Source: Octopus sinensis
Lineage: Eukaryota
Reading direction: 5' to 3'
Length of the DNA: 64,000 nucleotides
Assembly: GCF_006345805.1 (NCBI RefSeq)
Contig: NC_043005.1
Coordinates: forward strand, 22,072,001-22,136,000
Each line of letters begins with the position of its first letter. The first letter of the stretch is position 1. The position numbers were made by a program, and so were the translations under genes. Shown piece by piece: positions 21,721 to 34,435 of the stretch. The notes under the pieces were generated by a model. The model searched no databases. It had not been told where the DNA came from and was given only the letters and a program-made list of their open reading frames with translations.

Positions 21721-23802
21721 TAATTATTTTGCATTTTCCCAAACTTCTGCCATCAAAGTTTCTTATTAATATTGTATGTAGCATTTGCATTCATTGCTGA
21801 GTTGAAAGGGAGTATGAATGCGGTCTGGTCTGATTTGATTCCCAGCTGAAGAAGCCAGTGGTGGCAAAAACATCTACATGTCCCAGAAATGTTTACCATA
21901 GGGTAACTATACACATATTTTCTTTATTTAGGTATATTCATAGTCACTTTTTCCATATATGTATTTCAGAAAGACTTTAGCTCTGGCCCTAATTTCTAAT
22001 TAGTTGTGGAATATGCAGTGAATAAATGTAATATGATGAATTAAAATGTACCTTGTGAGGTTCCAAAGTGTCTAGTTACTATACAAATAACTCCTTGTTA
22101 TTTTAAGTTTTGTAACTTAATATCTTCTTTAGTGAAGTGCTCTGGAAATATTTTCATTATTTGGTTAAACAAGATTTTTTTTTGGTGGGGGAGAGTTGCA
22201 TATAAATAAGCTCACTTCATTCTCCTGGTACATTCAGTCATCGTATAGTTAATCCCTTAAGGCTATCTGCTACTTATTGCAAAGCTTCACAGGAACCTAC
22301 CTCCTTTAACACTGGTTGAAGAAATGAGTGACTTCTCCAAAAGTCGCTGAGCTACAAGCAGTGACATTGTTATCATTTCTCTCATCAAAAAAATCACCTG
22401 TGAGGTTTGTACTTTTGAGGACGTGTAGAATAATACTTTTCTTACATGAAAATAAACGAATAGTGATTGGAAAGGCAACCAGGTGTAAAACAACGAGTCG
22501 AAAATATATTTGTCTAACTCATGCTGTCACGGAAAACAGACGTAAAATGTGAGAATTGTTACTTCTGTATGGTTGATATATCATAGGTGTAATGATTTTA
22601 TGATGTTAGTTGCATAACGCATTTGAAAGCTAACTGGACACCGTATGAATTGATGAAGTCTCGGTTACTATCCTTAACCCTCTCTACTTGGTAATTCCTA
22701 TTATGTCTTATGTTTCTAAGACCATAGTACTTATTAACAGCTATTAAATTGTGGCTACTCCACTTTAATAAATTGGAAGCATTTCTTAACTTGACGCGAA
22801 TCGTAAAAGTTCCTGTAATCAGGAACAACTCATTCTCAGTTCATCTCTAACTATATGCTATAACGAATTTTGTTTCGAAGCACATATCCCACGCCTAAGT
22901 GTTACTTTAATGACTTTTATCGGTTAAAACAAGAAAAAATTGAAACAGGTTCGAAGACACAATTTGTCATGAATCGAACTCACCACTACAACGGGAAATA
23001 AGCAATAGAATTGCACTGACAAGTAACAGTGCCATCTAGAGGAAAGAGTAACGAAACTGGAGCAACTAAGAGGAGGTAATTTTGGCAGTGGCTAACTTGG
23101 TTTATTAAGTTCCTCAAGCAGTCAGTGGACAGTCTTAATGGACTTGAGAGATAACGATGATACACTTAAACTGGATTGCTGCTATATAAGATTTCTACCT
23201 CACACAATTAATTATCCAGTGATATTTTAATTTTCTCTTATTTATAATTATTTCGACCATGTACACTATGATCTGTTAACATTCAGATCTGCATTAAGGA
23301 TTTATAACTTTACCAACTATTTCTACATTGTCGAAAAACGGAATATCGTATTTACACTCTGATTCTTCTCCATTTATATTTTTAGTGTCGGTTTGCAAAA
23401 TATATTTTTCTCTTTTTAAACTCTGCTTTTATTCTTCCTACAACAGTGTTTTCTTAAATGGAATATTTATGTAGAAGAAAATTGTGTTTTTAATGTTTTA
23501 ATTAATAATTTACACGTTGAGTTGAGATTAAACATTTGGCAAGTGTTCATTTAACCGTGTCATTTAAGCATAGCATCATCTATGTTCGCTTCTACATCTT
23601 TCTCGATATTAGCAATAATTAGATGTAATACATATATAAACACACTCTCACATAATGCATTGTATGTATAATATTCTTTTGGCTAAAATATATATTTTTG
23701 ATGAATGAGGCATTTTCTGTGAAACGTATGTTAAGATAAACATTCAGCAAGAGTGTTCGTTTATGTCTCATCTTCAATTAATATAAACCTACTGCTTTTT
23801 AT

Positions 23803-23843
<41 letters not shown>

Positions 23844-24151
23844 TACACACACACATACATATATATATATATACATATCTAGCGTACACGCGTATACATA
23901 CATACACAAACACACTCTTGGTGCCTAATGAATCGCTGTACGGAAGAAATATTTTACTAGAGTAAACAATTAACAAGTCATTGTTTAAGAGGACCATTTA
24001 CACGCGCGCGCGCAAATACACTCTTGCACGCGGAACACATATACACACACACATATATATATACATACATATATATATATATCTAGTCGTACAATTTTGT
24101 CCCATTTGACCAAATGCTTCTTGAAGCCTGTTCGGTTGTTGTAGCATCAAG

Positions 24152-24745
24152 ATGGCGGTTAAACTTTGTTTCAGTATAGTCCGACTGGCGTTTCTTTGCA
24201 CCACATTATTTATATGTGCTTTAGCTAACAGATCGTCTTCGTCGAATGGCATTGATTTACTGAAAAAGAAAAAAGAGGACTTTTTACCAACTTCTTTGCC
24301 AAGTGAACCATCTTTAATTTCCAGTCCATCTCCCTTACTACGGCCATCATCATCATCACCTGGTTTACCAACGTCCCCGGTTGGTAATAGTGCTGATAAC
24401 ACGTTCCTTTCCCGGACGGGACCTTTATCAAAACCGATCACTTCAAAAAAGGAAACGTTCACTACTACGCACAGTGAGATCGATATTCCTAAAGATCCGA
24501 AGGACGGGAAGCACGAGGGGAATTCTCGGAAAGTTTCGGCCAACAAAGCGAAACATGGCAAATCGAGAATGAAATCGAGAATGAAGAGTAATGATGACCG
24601 TTTCTACCCGGACAATAGCCTTACCGTTCAAGAACCAATTAATCCTAAAGACTTTGGAGGAATTATTATAGAACACGAAGCTCAACGTTTGTCTGCACAC
24701 TTAAGGAGGCTGACCAACGAAGAAATTGGAGTTACTACTATGCAG
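24152..24745 (+). CDS. CACHD1: Exon 1 of a VWFA and cache domain-containing protein 1-like gene (alpha2delta family)
   Basis: 198 codons: a hydrophobic signal peptide (aa ~1-25), a long S/P/K-rich segment, then IEHEAQRLSAHLRRLTNEEIGVTTMQ. This resembles vertebrate CACHD1 EAQVLASQMRRLAAEELGVVTMQ (recalled from memory, needs BLAST). Phase-0 donor CAG|GTAAAT at 24745/24746. Confidence 0.8.
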
Positions 24746-26009
24746 GTAAATACAACTTTGATGTTTAAATGCTCTCGGTTAAATTGTTGGGGAATCATCA
24801 CTTCTATGTGGGTATGCGTATAATTCAACCTGTGACAATATATATTAATTAAATATCCTATCATTTGTGTATGACTTGAATTCTTATAGTTAATTGTTAG
24901 TTGAAGTTCTTTATGTATGCTGTTATGGGTTTATAAGAGGCTTTAAAAAGCAGCCACATGTCAAACGAAGACTATTTAAGGATTCCCTTGTTAAAATCTT
25001 CGCTGTTGTTTAGTCCCAAATCAACATTAATTGAATACGCCTATGATTAAAACATTTCAGTAATGACCGTCCCAATTTTCGAGTGATATCTGGAACTTTA
25101 CTATCCTCTTATTTGAAGGGGTATTATTACTTCAAGCGTGTCGAGTGACGACCTAGAGGCTTTCCCGTTTACATGGTTTGCGGGTATTATCAGAAATAAA
25201 ACTTGAATGTCTATATTTATATCTATGTTGCCGTTTCATTTGTGCATTCTTGTAATGGCTAGTCTATCACCTTGCAGTGTAAGTATCTCTCCAGCTATGT
25301 TCCTGACTTGCTCATAATCTATGTCTTTAATACGACAATCATCCTATATCTGTTTATCAAATAAATACGTCTGTATATTTTATAATCTTGGTATTTACTA
25401 TTTATCTAGTATCATGTAAATGAATCTTTCTGTTTATCTGTCTGTCCATCCATTCACTTATCAAGCTATCTATCTTATATCCACGAATCAATCAATTTGT
25501 CTTCATGCCTGCCTACCTAATATATGTATAATGCCCATATAATGTATAAACCCTCATATATTGTGTTTGTTAATTACATAGAAAATTTTTATTGTAATGT
25601 GCGTGTGTGAATGGATGATTTATATGAATTCTGTATTGTCTTTTGCATATTACAATTTATGTAGATCTCCGTATTTTGTCCTCGTCGTCGTCTTAAATGT
25701 TTATTTATATTGCCTATCCCACTCCAAAAATTAAAAAATGCATATTATAAAGAAACAAATTATTGCCGAAATTGACTTAGTCTTTCAAATTTCCGATGCT
25801 TTATAAAAAATGCCAGTTATATGCTGGAGTCGATTAAATCGACTATGCTTTTCATCTAGAATGTGTAGCCTTATACCAATCACAACTTAATAAAATCTGT
25901 GCTAGCATGCCTGTATGTGTAAAATAGTTTTATTAGGTCAAAGACGACCCCTAAAGTAGGTTAATAGATTTGAGCTAACTTACAATAGGGGAAAAACGTT
26001 ACTCGCTGC

Positions 26010-26272
26010 TGTTGCTACTACTACTACTACAGGTACTACAGCTATTGTTAATGTTGGTACTACTAGAAATAATATTGCAACTAGTCCCAACACTACTTAC
26101 TGATATTTCTATTTACTGTAGCTGCGTCTACTACTGTTTTTACTATTGTACTACTACTTTTACTGTTTTTATTGTTACTATTATTACTACTCTTGATCTA
26201 TTACAAAAACAAGAACCACTACTACTGTTACATGTATTTACAGCTACCATTACCATCACCAATACTACTACT
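26010..26272. repeat. Degenerate (CTA/TAC)n tract
   Basis: Direct reading. It explains the L/T-rich ORF. Confidence 0.85.
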
Positions 26273-27354
26273 TGTTAAGTTTCTATAATGCTATTGGGAA
26301 ATGTTTGGCCATCATAACTTCCCCAGTGGTAAACATGCAGTGTTTCTGTGTAAAAAAGATTTATTTTAAACATTTAAATTCATATTTGTGTGAGTTGGTA
26401 AAAATTTACCAAATTTACTTGCTGATAAAAATCCTTGGGTTTGATCTCACCGATTGGCAGAACAATTGTCTCTTACCACAGCCTTGGCTTCATTGAAGCT
26501 GTGTGAGTGAAAATTATTGATGAAACTGCAAGGAAGCCTGTTGGATAGTGGTGTCCATAACTCACCTTGTCTCACACACTGCATGCTGATCCTACCATAA
26601 GAATTATATTAGGTTAACACGTGTCTTTGGAATACTCAGCCACAAATAATTCATTGAGTAACTAGTTCAGTTGAAACCAACAGAAGATCCATTTAGTTTT
26701 AAGCACATATATACACACATGTTATATATGTACATGCACACTGTGCATATTTATGAGTGCAAACACGTCCGTGTTTATAGGTATAGTAACACATCAAAAA
26801 GGACTGTGTTATTCTGCTGCTGACAATCTCTCTGGTACTAGTAGCAAGATAAAATATGTACAGTCTATGTTGTAAAGTGGCTGATGATATGGAGGGCATC
26901 CACCAGAATATGCCAAAATATAACCTACACCAACATAGAAATGGTTGAGTTTTCCTGTTGTTTGTGTCAAATGATAAAGGACTGAGTAGTATATCAGCAT
27001 ATAAAAAGGTCATAAAATGACTGATGTATTTTACAAAGAAATAAGGCATCCTTCATCTAATAAAAAAAAAAAGGGATGTGGTTGCTTAACCTGCTAGAAA
27101 TAGCAACCAAATTATTCTGGCAGTTGAAAAATAGGACACATTAAATAATGCAGTATATACTTGTACACTATACTTGGGGGAAAAAAAAAAGGAAAAAGCT
27201 GGATGGTCATGGAATACAGTAGATCATAAGTTTGCTCAATCAGCCCAATCTAGGTATAAATGATAAATACTTCTTATATATATGATGGGTGGGTGTTGTA
27301 ATGTATATATGCAAATATACAAGGAGTCAACCAAATTGCCATAGAGTATTTAGT

Positions 27355-27556
27355 AACCCTTTTGTTACCAACCTGGCTGAAACTGGCTTGTTTTCATAAG
27401 TTTTGAATTAAAATCCTCCACCAAACCTTAGTCACAATTTATGTTCCTAACACCAGCTGAATGATAACTAAGTTATTTTACTAAATTCTTTGTTATATTT
27501 AAAGTAATCGAAAGAAATACAGAGCATCTCAAAATAAATACAGTAACGAAAGGGTT
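27355..27556. mobile_element. Small MITE with piggyBac-like termini
   Basis: aacccttttgttac at 27355 and gtaacgaaagggtt at 27543-27556 are near-perfect inverted ends. The TTAA target site is not intact. Confidence 0.5.
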
Positions 27557-29264
27557 TGTAAGAAACCAACTTGTAAATAGATTTCAGTTTCAACTGATAA
27601 ATTAACTTGTCTTGATGTTTCATGGTTTAGTTTGTCAGAGAAGTGGTGGTTGTGGTGATCAGAGAATTGAAAGTTAAGCTGGTGTTGTTCACACTTCTAT
27701 TATAGTTTTAACTTGTAAACTAAATAAACACTAATGGTTTTACAGTGGTGAACAACTTCACCTCTATTACCACAGTATCACTACAGCATGGCTTATAAAT
27801 AAATATGCATACAAGGTGCCATGTAAAAAGCACCCATACTGTGTGCTATGTAGAAGCACCCAATACACTCCGTGTAGTGGTGTGTGTTAGGAAGGCCATC
27901 CAGCAGGCATGGAACTTGGGCAGCTCTTAAGCTGGCCAGCTCCTGTCAAACTGTCCAATGCATGTCAGCATGGAAAATCAACATTAATGATGATGATGAT
28001 GATGATTTAATCTTGCAGGGAAATTAAACTCCACGGGTATACAATTGGACTTTTGGCAGTTTGGAATGATGGAACCTACTACTTTCGTCATGTTTATTAT
28101 TCTATTCCATGGTGCTGGCACAGTTGATTTACTTAAGATTAACAATATTTATTACTAGGCTACCAACATAGGATAAGTTCAGAATAAGTTTGTGACCTTG
28201 AAGCATGGGTTAAGAATAACTGGGTATTCATAGTAGTATGTGTTATGAATATTATTAACTCTGTATTCTTAACTATGTGTTCAGAACTAGTATTAGCTTT
28301 ATATTGAGGATAAAGTTATTCATAACTATAACGTTCTTCAAAAGATCTGGGGTAGAACTGCATAGAACATTCAACCTCATGAGCCACATTACAAAAATCT
28401 TATAAGTCCTTATATTCAGATCCAGAAACAGGTTTGTGCCTTAGGTACAATGTAGACTTGTTGGGTATATAAAGTCAAGGATTGGACAAAGCTACTTTTG
28501 ATGAGGTTGCATGTATATTATCAAATAATTGGTTGTGACTTGTGACACCAACAAATAAATGCAAAAACTTATTAATGGTGCTGAGATATGGTTCCCTAAG
28601 TGAATACTGAATATATCCTACACAGCCAGATACATAGATCTTAAGATTTGCAGAAACCACGAGAAAACTTATTGACTCTTGACAACACCAAGTTCTTTGG
28701 GCATTGTAAAAAAGCTAGGGAAGACCGGGAGAGAAAAAATACTCACTGATTTTATTATCTGTTTATAGAAACTTGCTTATTTGTGTGGGAGGTGCCTTGT
28801 GAATGATTTGATAAATAGGAACTGAAAGAAACCCATTGTGTGGGTATGCCTTTGTGTTTGTCGCCCACCACCACTTAACAACTAGTGTTGATTTGTTTTT
28901 GTCCCCATAACTTAGCAAGTTGGCAAAAAGACCAATAAAATGAGTTCCAGGCTTAAAAAAAAGTGCTGGAGTTGATTTGTTTGACTAAACCCTTCAAAGC
29001 ATGTCCTAACATGACCACAGTCCAATGACTGAAACAAGTAAAGGACAAAAGCTTTTATTTTTAACAAGCTATGTTTTGTTTTTTTTCTTGAAAAAAGCAA
29101 AGGAAATAAATAGGTTCATCAAAGAAAGAGAGGCAGTGCCCATGACCTTTGCTAGCCTTCAAAGCTAGTGATTTTGATGCTGCTAATGCCCAGCCTGAGT
29201 ATTTACAGGGAGAAAACATGTGGGGAGGGAACTGAAATTCTTGTTCAAATACTTGCACAGGACA

Positions 29265-29670
29265 TCATCATCATCTTTTAACGTCCGCTTCCCATGCAAG
29301 CATGGGCTGGACGTGTGACTGAGTGCTGGCGAACCAGATGGCTGCACCAGGCTTCAATCTTGATCTGGCAGAGTTTCTACAGCTGGATGCCCTTCCTAAC
29401 GCCAACCACTCCGAGAGTGTAGTGGGTGCTTTTACGTGCCAGTCAGGTGGCACTGGCAATGACCTCGCTTGAATTTTTTACACATGCCACTGGCGCGGGT
29501 GCCAGTAAGGCGATGCTGGTAACGATCATGCTCGAATCGTGTTTTTTATGTGCCACTGGCACGGAGGCCAGATAGCCGCTCTGGCAACAATCACACTCGG
29601 ATGGTGCACTTAATACTCTACTAGCATGGGGCTTGAGTGCCAGTAGTGTGATGCTGGTAATGATCACGCT
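29265..29670 (-). mobile_element. RTE LINE 3'UTR fragment
   Basis: (CAT)n tail, the conserved ctacagctggatgcccttcctaacgccaaccactcc block and 3-4 repeat units. Confidence 0.85.
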
Positions 29671-32600
29671 CTGCATTTGGCAGTTTGGAATGATGGTAAT
29701 TATTTAGCATAATTTAGCATAATTTCTCACGACATTATAATATGACTGTGCTATAGCATAAGACACATCAGCCTTCTCTTTTTTTCATGTATTTTGGGTG
29801 AAGAAGAAAGTGTTTTTATATTGCAATTGTTACAATAAATATCCTGATATATCAGATGCAGTGGATGAAAAAAACAAACATCTTAAATGATGGTAATTAT
29901 TATATAAATGGTTGTTCATGTATATATTTTGCACCACATATTAGCAATGTTTTGCATTCTTAATAACAGCTATTATGCAATCAATCCAATTGGTATTTGA
30001 TTCAAAACTAACTAGAGCATTTGAGAGTTGTTGAAAACTTTCTCCGAGTGCATAAAATCATTGACTATTGTATCATAGTACCTCACTCAATCAATAAGTA
30101 ATCCAGCACCATCACAGTTTCAACTTACTCCATATCTTTACCTCTTTTGAATGACTTAGAAAAGGAAGGCCCTCATAACTCATAACTTTTTCAGTTCCAT
30201 TGAAGTAGATAAGAGGATGAGAGGAAGTTATTTTCAAACTGAAGACCTGACCTGAATGCTTGCAAGACAAAGGACTCCATCTGGTATAGACACCCTAAGG
30301 TGGAATGACAGTGTTGAACTTGGTGATATTAAATTCATCACCAGGTGTAGACATTTCACAAAGAAAAAAACAAAAAACAATGATGTCTTTTAAACAATTT
30401 ATTAATTCCAAGTTTGTTCTATATGTTGTTACTTATAAAACAATAACATTGAGTTTACAAAGAAGCTGTTAAGTGACCAACCAATCTACTAAAAATAGCT
30501 AAATTTCCTGCAAATTGCTGCTTATTGTTGTGAGAAAAAAAAAGGGGCGTAGTCTTCGGTATATTGCCTGGAAATGGTCATTACTTGAATGCATTTGGTT
30601 AATAGGTCTGCTTGATCCAAACTGACCTGGGACTAAACACAATAACCTGGAATATCTTATTACTCTTGTAATGGTTCTTTGAGTTTTTCTGCATCCAGCC
30701 ATTTTTTTAGTCCTAACATATGTGTGTGTATACTAATACTGGTTTCTATCACCGGGCTGTGGCCATGTTGGGACACCTTTTAAAGAATTATTGGTCCAAT
30801 TATGGGCCTCTAACCACATATCTGTTGTTTGCTAAGCAGCTGTGATTGCAATTGCATTGCAGAACACATGCCAACATACTAATCATCATTTTAGCGTCCA
30901 CTTTTCCATGGGCCAGATGGAATATGTTGAGGCGAATTTTCTATGGTCAGATGCCTTTCCTGTCCCCAAGTCTGACCTTTTTCCAAGTAATGTAATATTT
31001 CCCCATGGCCAGATATGCTTTCATGGAACATTGGAAATGGACACCACTTGCATGATGATAACACTCACTCACAACAAACACGTGTTGTTTTGGCAAGGAC
31101 ACACTACCCACCCCCCATGTACACATGTAGACAGTCTTTTCTTCAGTTTCTATCTACCTAATCCATTCTCAAGGTTGTGATCAGCCTGGAGCTATAGTCA
31201 AAGACACTAGCCTAAAATACCATGCAATGAGACTGAACTCACAATCCATGTAGTTTGGAAGCAAACTTCTTACCATTGCAGCTTACTTTATATATATATA
31301 TTCTAGTCCATCTATATTGTATTCTTGATGAAGACACTCATCTAACAATAGGATGGTACTGCAGTTGGCATAGTTTACCATAGTTTGGACTTGGCAAAGT
31401 ACACTTCTGGAATAGTTAGATGCAACAGGGCACTAAATTATGGAGTGACTCACCAAAGTAAGCAGGGGCAGCACTGCAAAATTGAGTATTTCATTAGCTC
31501 ACAGTGCTGGGTTCACATTTTCCTGTGGAGTTTGGCTGTAGATGCAAGTGTTATCAGCTTAGTGGCTCAGTTCTACAGCATTGTCTATTTCAGTGGACTA
31601 TGTGAATGTCAAGACTAAGGAGCCTAAGGACTAGACTAAGGAGCCATTTCTGTAATCTGATTTGTTGCAGCTATTTTATTTCAGTTATGTTCCTAAATCC
31701 CTTAGAAAAAGGGCTGAATGCCACAACCTCACATAAATCTGTTTATATTTCTCATAAGAGTAATGTGCCATCTTTTAAATTTAGCTTTTCAAGGAGTATT
31801 TAGTTGGATCATACTATTGTTTACTCCCCAACTATGATGGGGTTTATTTGTACTTGGCATGTTGTCTTAGGGATTAGAGCTACTAACATGTGTTCTGAAC
31901 AGAAAATGCTGCTATTAACATATGTTCAAAGCTTCAAATGCTGCAGGTAATACATTTTTCAAGTATCAAACATTGCAGATATTTGTTTTGGGGGAATATT
32001 TTAGCTGCTGTATCTCTCTTAAGCTTTGCTTACCTTTCTTTTTTCTTATTTTCACTGACTCACCAGGCACTAATTCTGTCATTTATATTGCTTTTTCTTT
32101 TGGTTTTCTCTTTAGGGGTTTGAAGTAGTCCATATTAAATGAACAATGGATTGACAAAATCTCTAGAGCATCAGAAAAAATCCTTTGTGCATTTTAAACT
32201 TTTAGTGAGGATGAAAAACAGTGCCCATGACTTGTTACAGGGCCTCTGAGACTGGTTGGAGGGAGGGAGAACAGTATCCAGAAATTGGAAATCTGGCCCA
32301 AATGTTTACAACAGAGTGGACTCTGCTAAAGATAGTCAAAGTGTCAGGTGGTGGCATTGAACCAGCTACAAGATAATTCTACTACCCAAGTAGACCATAG
32401 GGGAATTGAATTAAGAGCACAGAGCTGGAACAAGTACTATAAGGCATCCTGTCTGATGTTCTTACAGTTCTACCAACCCACCACTTTAGGTTGATACTTT
32501 ATCAACCCTAGCAGGATTTGATCTGAAAGTGCAGCCAAGTTGGAGTAAAATTCTGTTAAATAGTTAGTCCATACTTTAGTTTAGTAGCATCCTTAGGACT

Positions 32601-34026
32601 GTGTTGATAGTGAAGTTACTTCTCAGTCATCCCTTTGGAGGTTGATAGAATAAGTATCAGTTTACAAGTGGGGTGGATAAAACGATTTTCCTCCACAGTG
32701 ATATAGTTGCCTTGTCACTGTTTGGAATCATTATTAGTATTAAAGGCATTACATGGCAGAATTGGTTGTGTTTCAAAACGAAATACCTGGCAGTATATAG
32801 TTGCAACATTTTACAGTTTGAGTTCAAATTTGTTTTCATATCTGGGGTTAATGAAGTTCTGATAATATACTGAGTTTGATTAAATCAACTATATCCTCCT
32901 TGAAAATCTCTGTCTTTGTACCTATCTTAGAAAGCATCATTATTATTAGGGTGGTGTATGGACAGTTTTTTTAGTGTTGGAAAAAATGCCTTGAGTATTT
33001 GTTCCAGCTCTTTACATTGTGGTTTCATATTCCACTAAGGTTGGTTTTGTTTTTTATCTCTCTGGTGTTGTCAATAGAATAAAATACTACTGAAGCAACG
33101 AGCAGGGTGGGGTGATATAATCAACTGCTCCCATTACCCCAAATTTCTAGTCTTGTACCTATTTTGGAAACAGTTAATATTCAAAATGATGGATTGGCAG
33201 AATTGTTAGTCTTCCAGCTCTGTATTCTGAGATCACAGCCTGCTGAGGTCAACTTTGCCAGTCATCCCTCTGGGGTTAATGAAATAAAGTATCAATCAAG
33301 TGTTGGGGCTGATGGAGTCAACTAAGACCATCACCTCAAAATTGCTCACCTTCTGTCACAATTGTGCCAAGTAGTTGGTGATAGGAAGGACATCTAAGCT
33401 CCTCATTCAATAAACATGGCAAAATCATGACCATCTCTTACTGTGTAACTGCAATTATCACCATGTTAGTGCTACATGGTAGTGGAGCAGCCACCATACC
33501 AATTCTCTTCCTTTCAAATGCTGAAAACTTACATCAAGCAACCTACCAACCATTAGAAATGCTCCTGGAAGCTCTTCTGTCAACCTCAGTATTTGTATTT
33601 TATTGATCTTGGAAGGATGAATAGCTAAACTGAATCAGCAGATTTTGATCATAGAAAGACCAGCTAAATATACAACCACCTGTTTATATGTATATATATA
33701 TATATATATTGTGAAGACACATGGCTCAGTGGTTAGCGCATTGGGCTTACAATATTGAGGTCGTAAGTTTGATTCCCAGACTGGACTGTGTGATGTGTTC
33801 TTGAGCAAGGCACTTTATTTCATGTTGCTCCAGTTCACTCAGCTATAGAAATGAGTTGTGGTGTCACTGGTGCCAAGCTGTATCAGCCTTTGCCTTTCTC
33901 TTGGACAAACCAGTGGCGTGAGAACAGAAGACTGGTATGCATAGGTGACTGCTGGTCTTCCACAAACAACCTTACCAGGATTTTGTGCCCCATGGTCATT
34001 TGTGACCATAGGGAGTTTTTAATATA

Positions 34027-34435
34027 TCATCATTATTGTTATTTAACATCCGTTTTCCATGCTGGCATGGTTTGAATGATTTGACAGGAACTGGCAGGTC
34101 AGAAGACTACTCCAAAACTGTCTGCTTTGGCATGGTTCCTCTGGCTGGCTACCCTTCCTAATGCCAATTACTTTACAGATCATACTGGATGCTTTTTATG
34201 TAGCACCAGCAGTAGTGAGATCACCAAGTAACTTTCAAGAGATGACCTCAATTGTTGGGGTGAATGGTATTGAGGGACAGAAAAAAAGTCTTACATTAGA
34301 GGGGAAACATGGCTATCTAACGTGAGAAGAGGGTAAAGATGTGACAGGTGGATGGGGGTGGCTAGCAAAATTGCGAAAGGAGATTGGTAAATGGAGGAGA
34401 GGATGTAACAAGTAGCAGGAGGGGTATATATATTT
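34027..34435 (-). mobile_element. Composite element: pyrimidine-rich 5' part plus RTE 3' tail
   Basis: RTE tail at 34027-34240, then a purine-rich block homologous to the reverse complement of 36930-36990. Confidence 0.55.

Noticed and set aside
23998-24561. 187-aa antisense ORF overlapping exon 1
   Set aside because: A shadow of the GC-richer coding exon that ends in a microsatellite, with no recognisable domain.
24746-24823. Read-through of the exon-1 ORF to a stop at 24823 (223 aa)
   Set aside because: Homology ends exactly at the CAG|GTAAAT donor and resumes at 59778, so the tail is intronic.
25268-25290. ccttgcag-t-gtaagta, a near acceptor/donor overlap
   Set aside because: One base separates AG from GT, so it is neither a recursive site nor a plausible exon.
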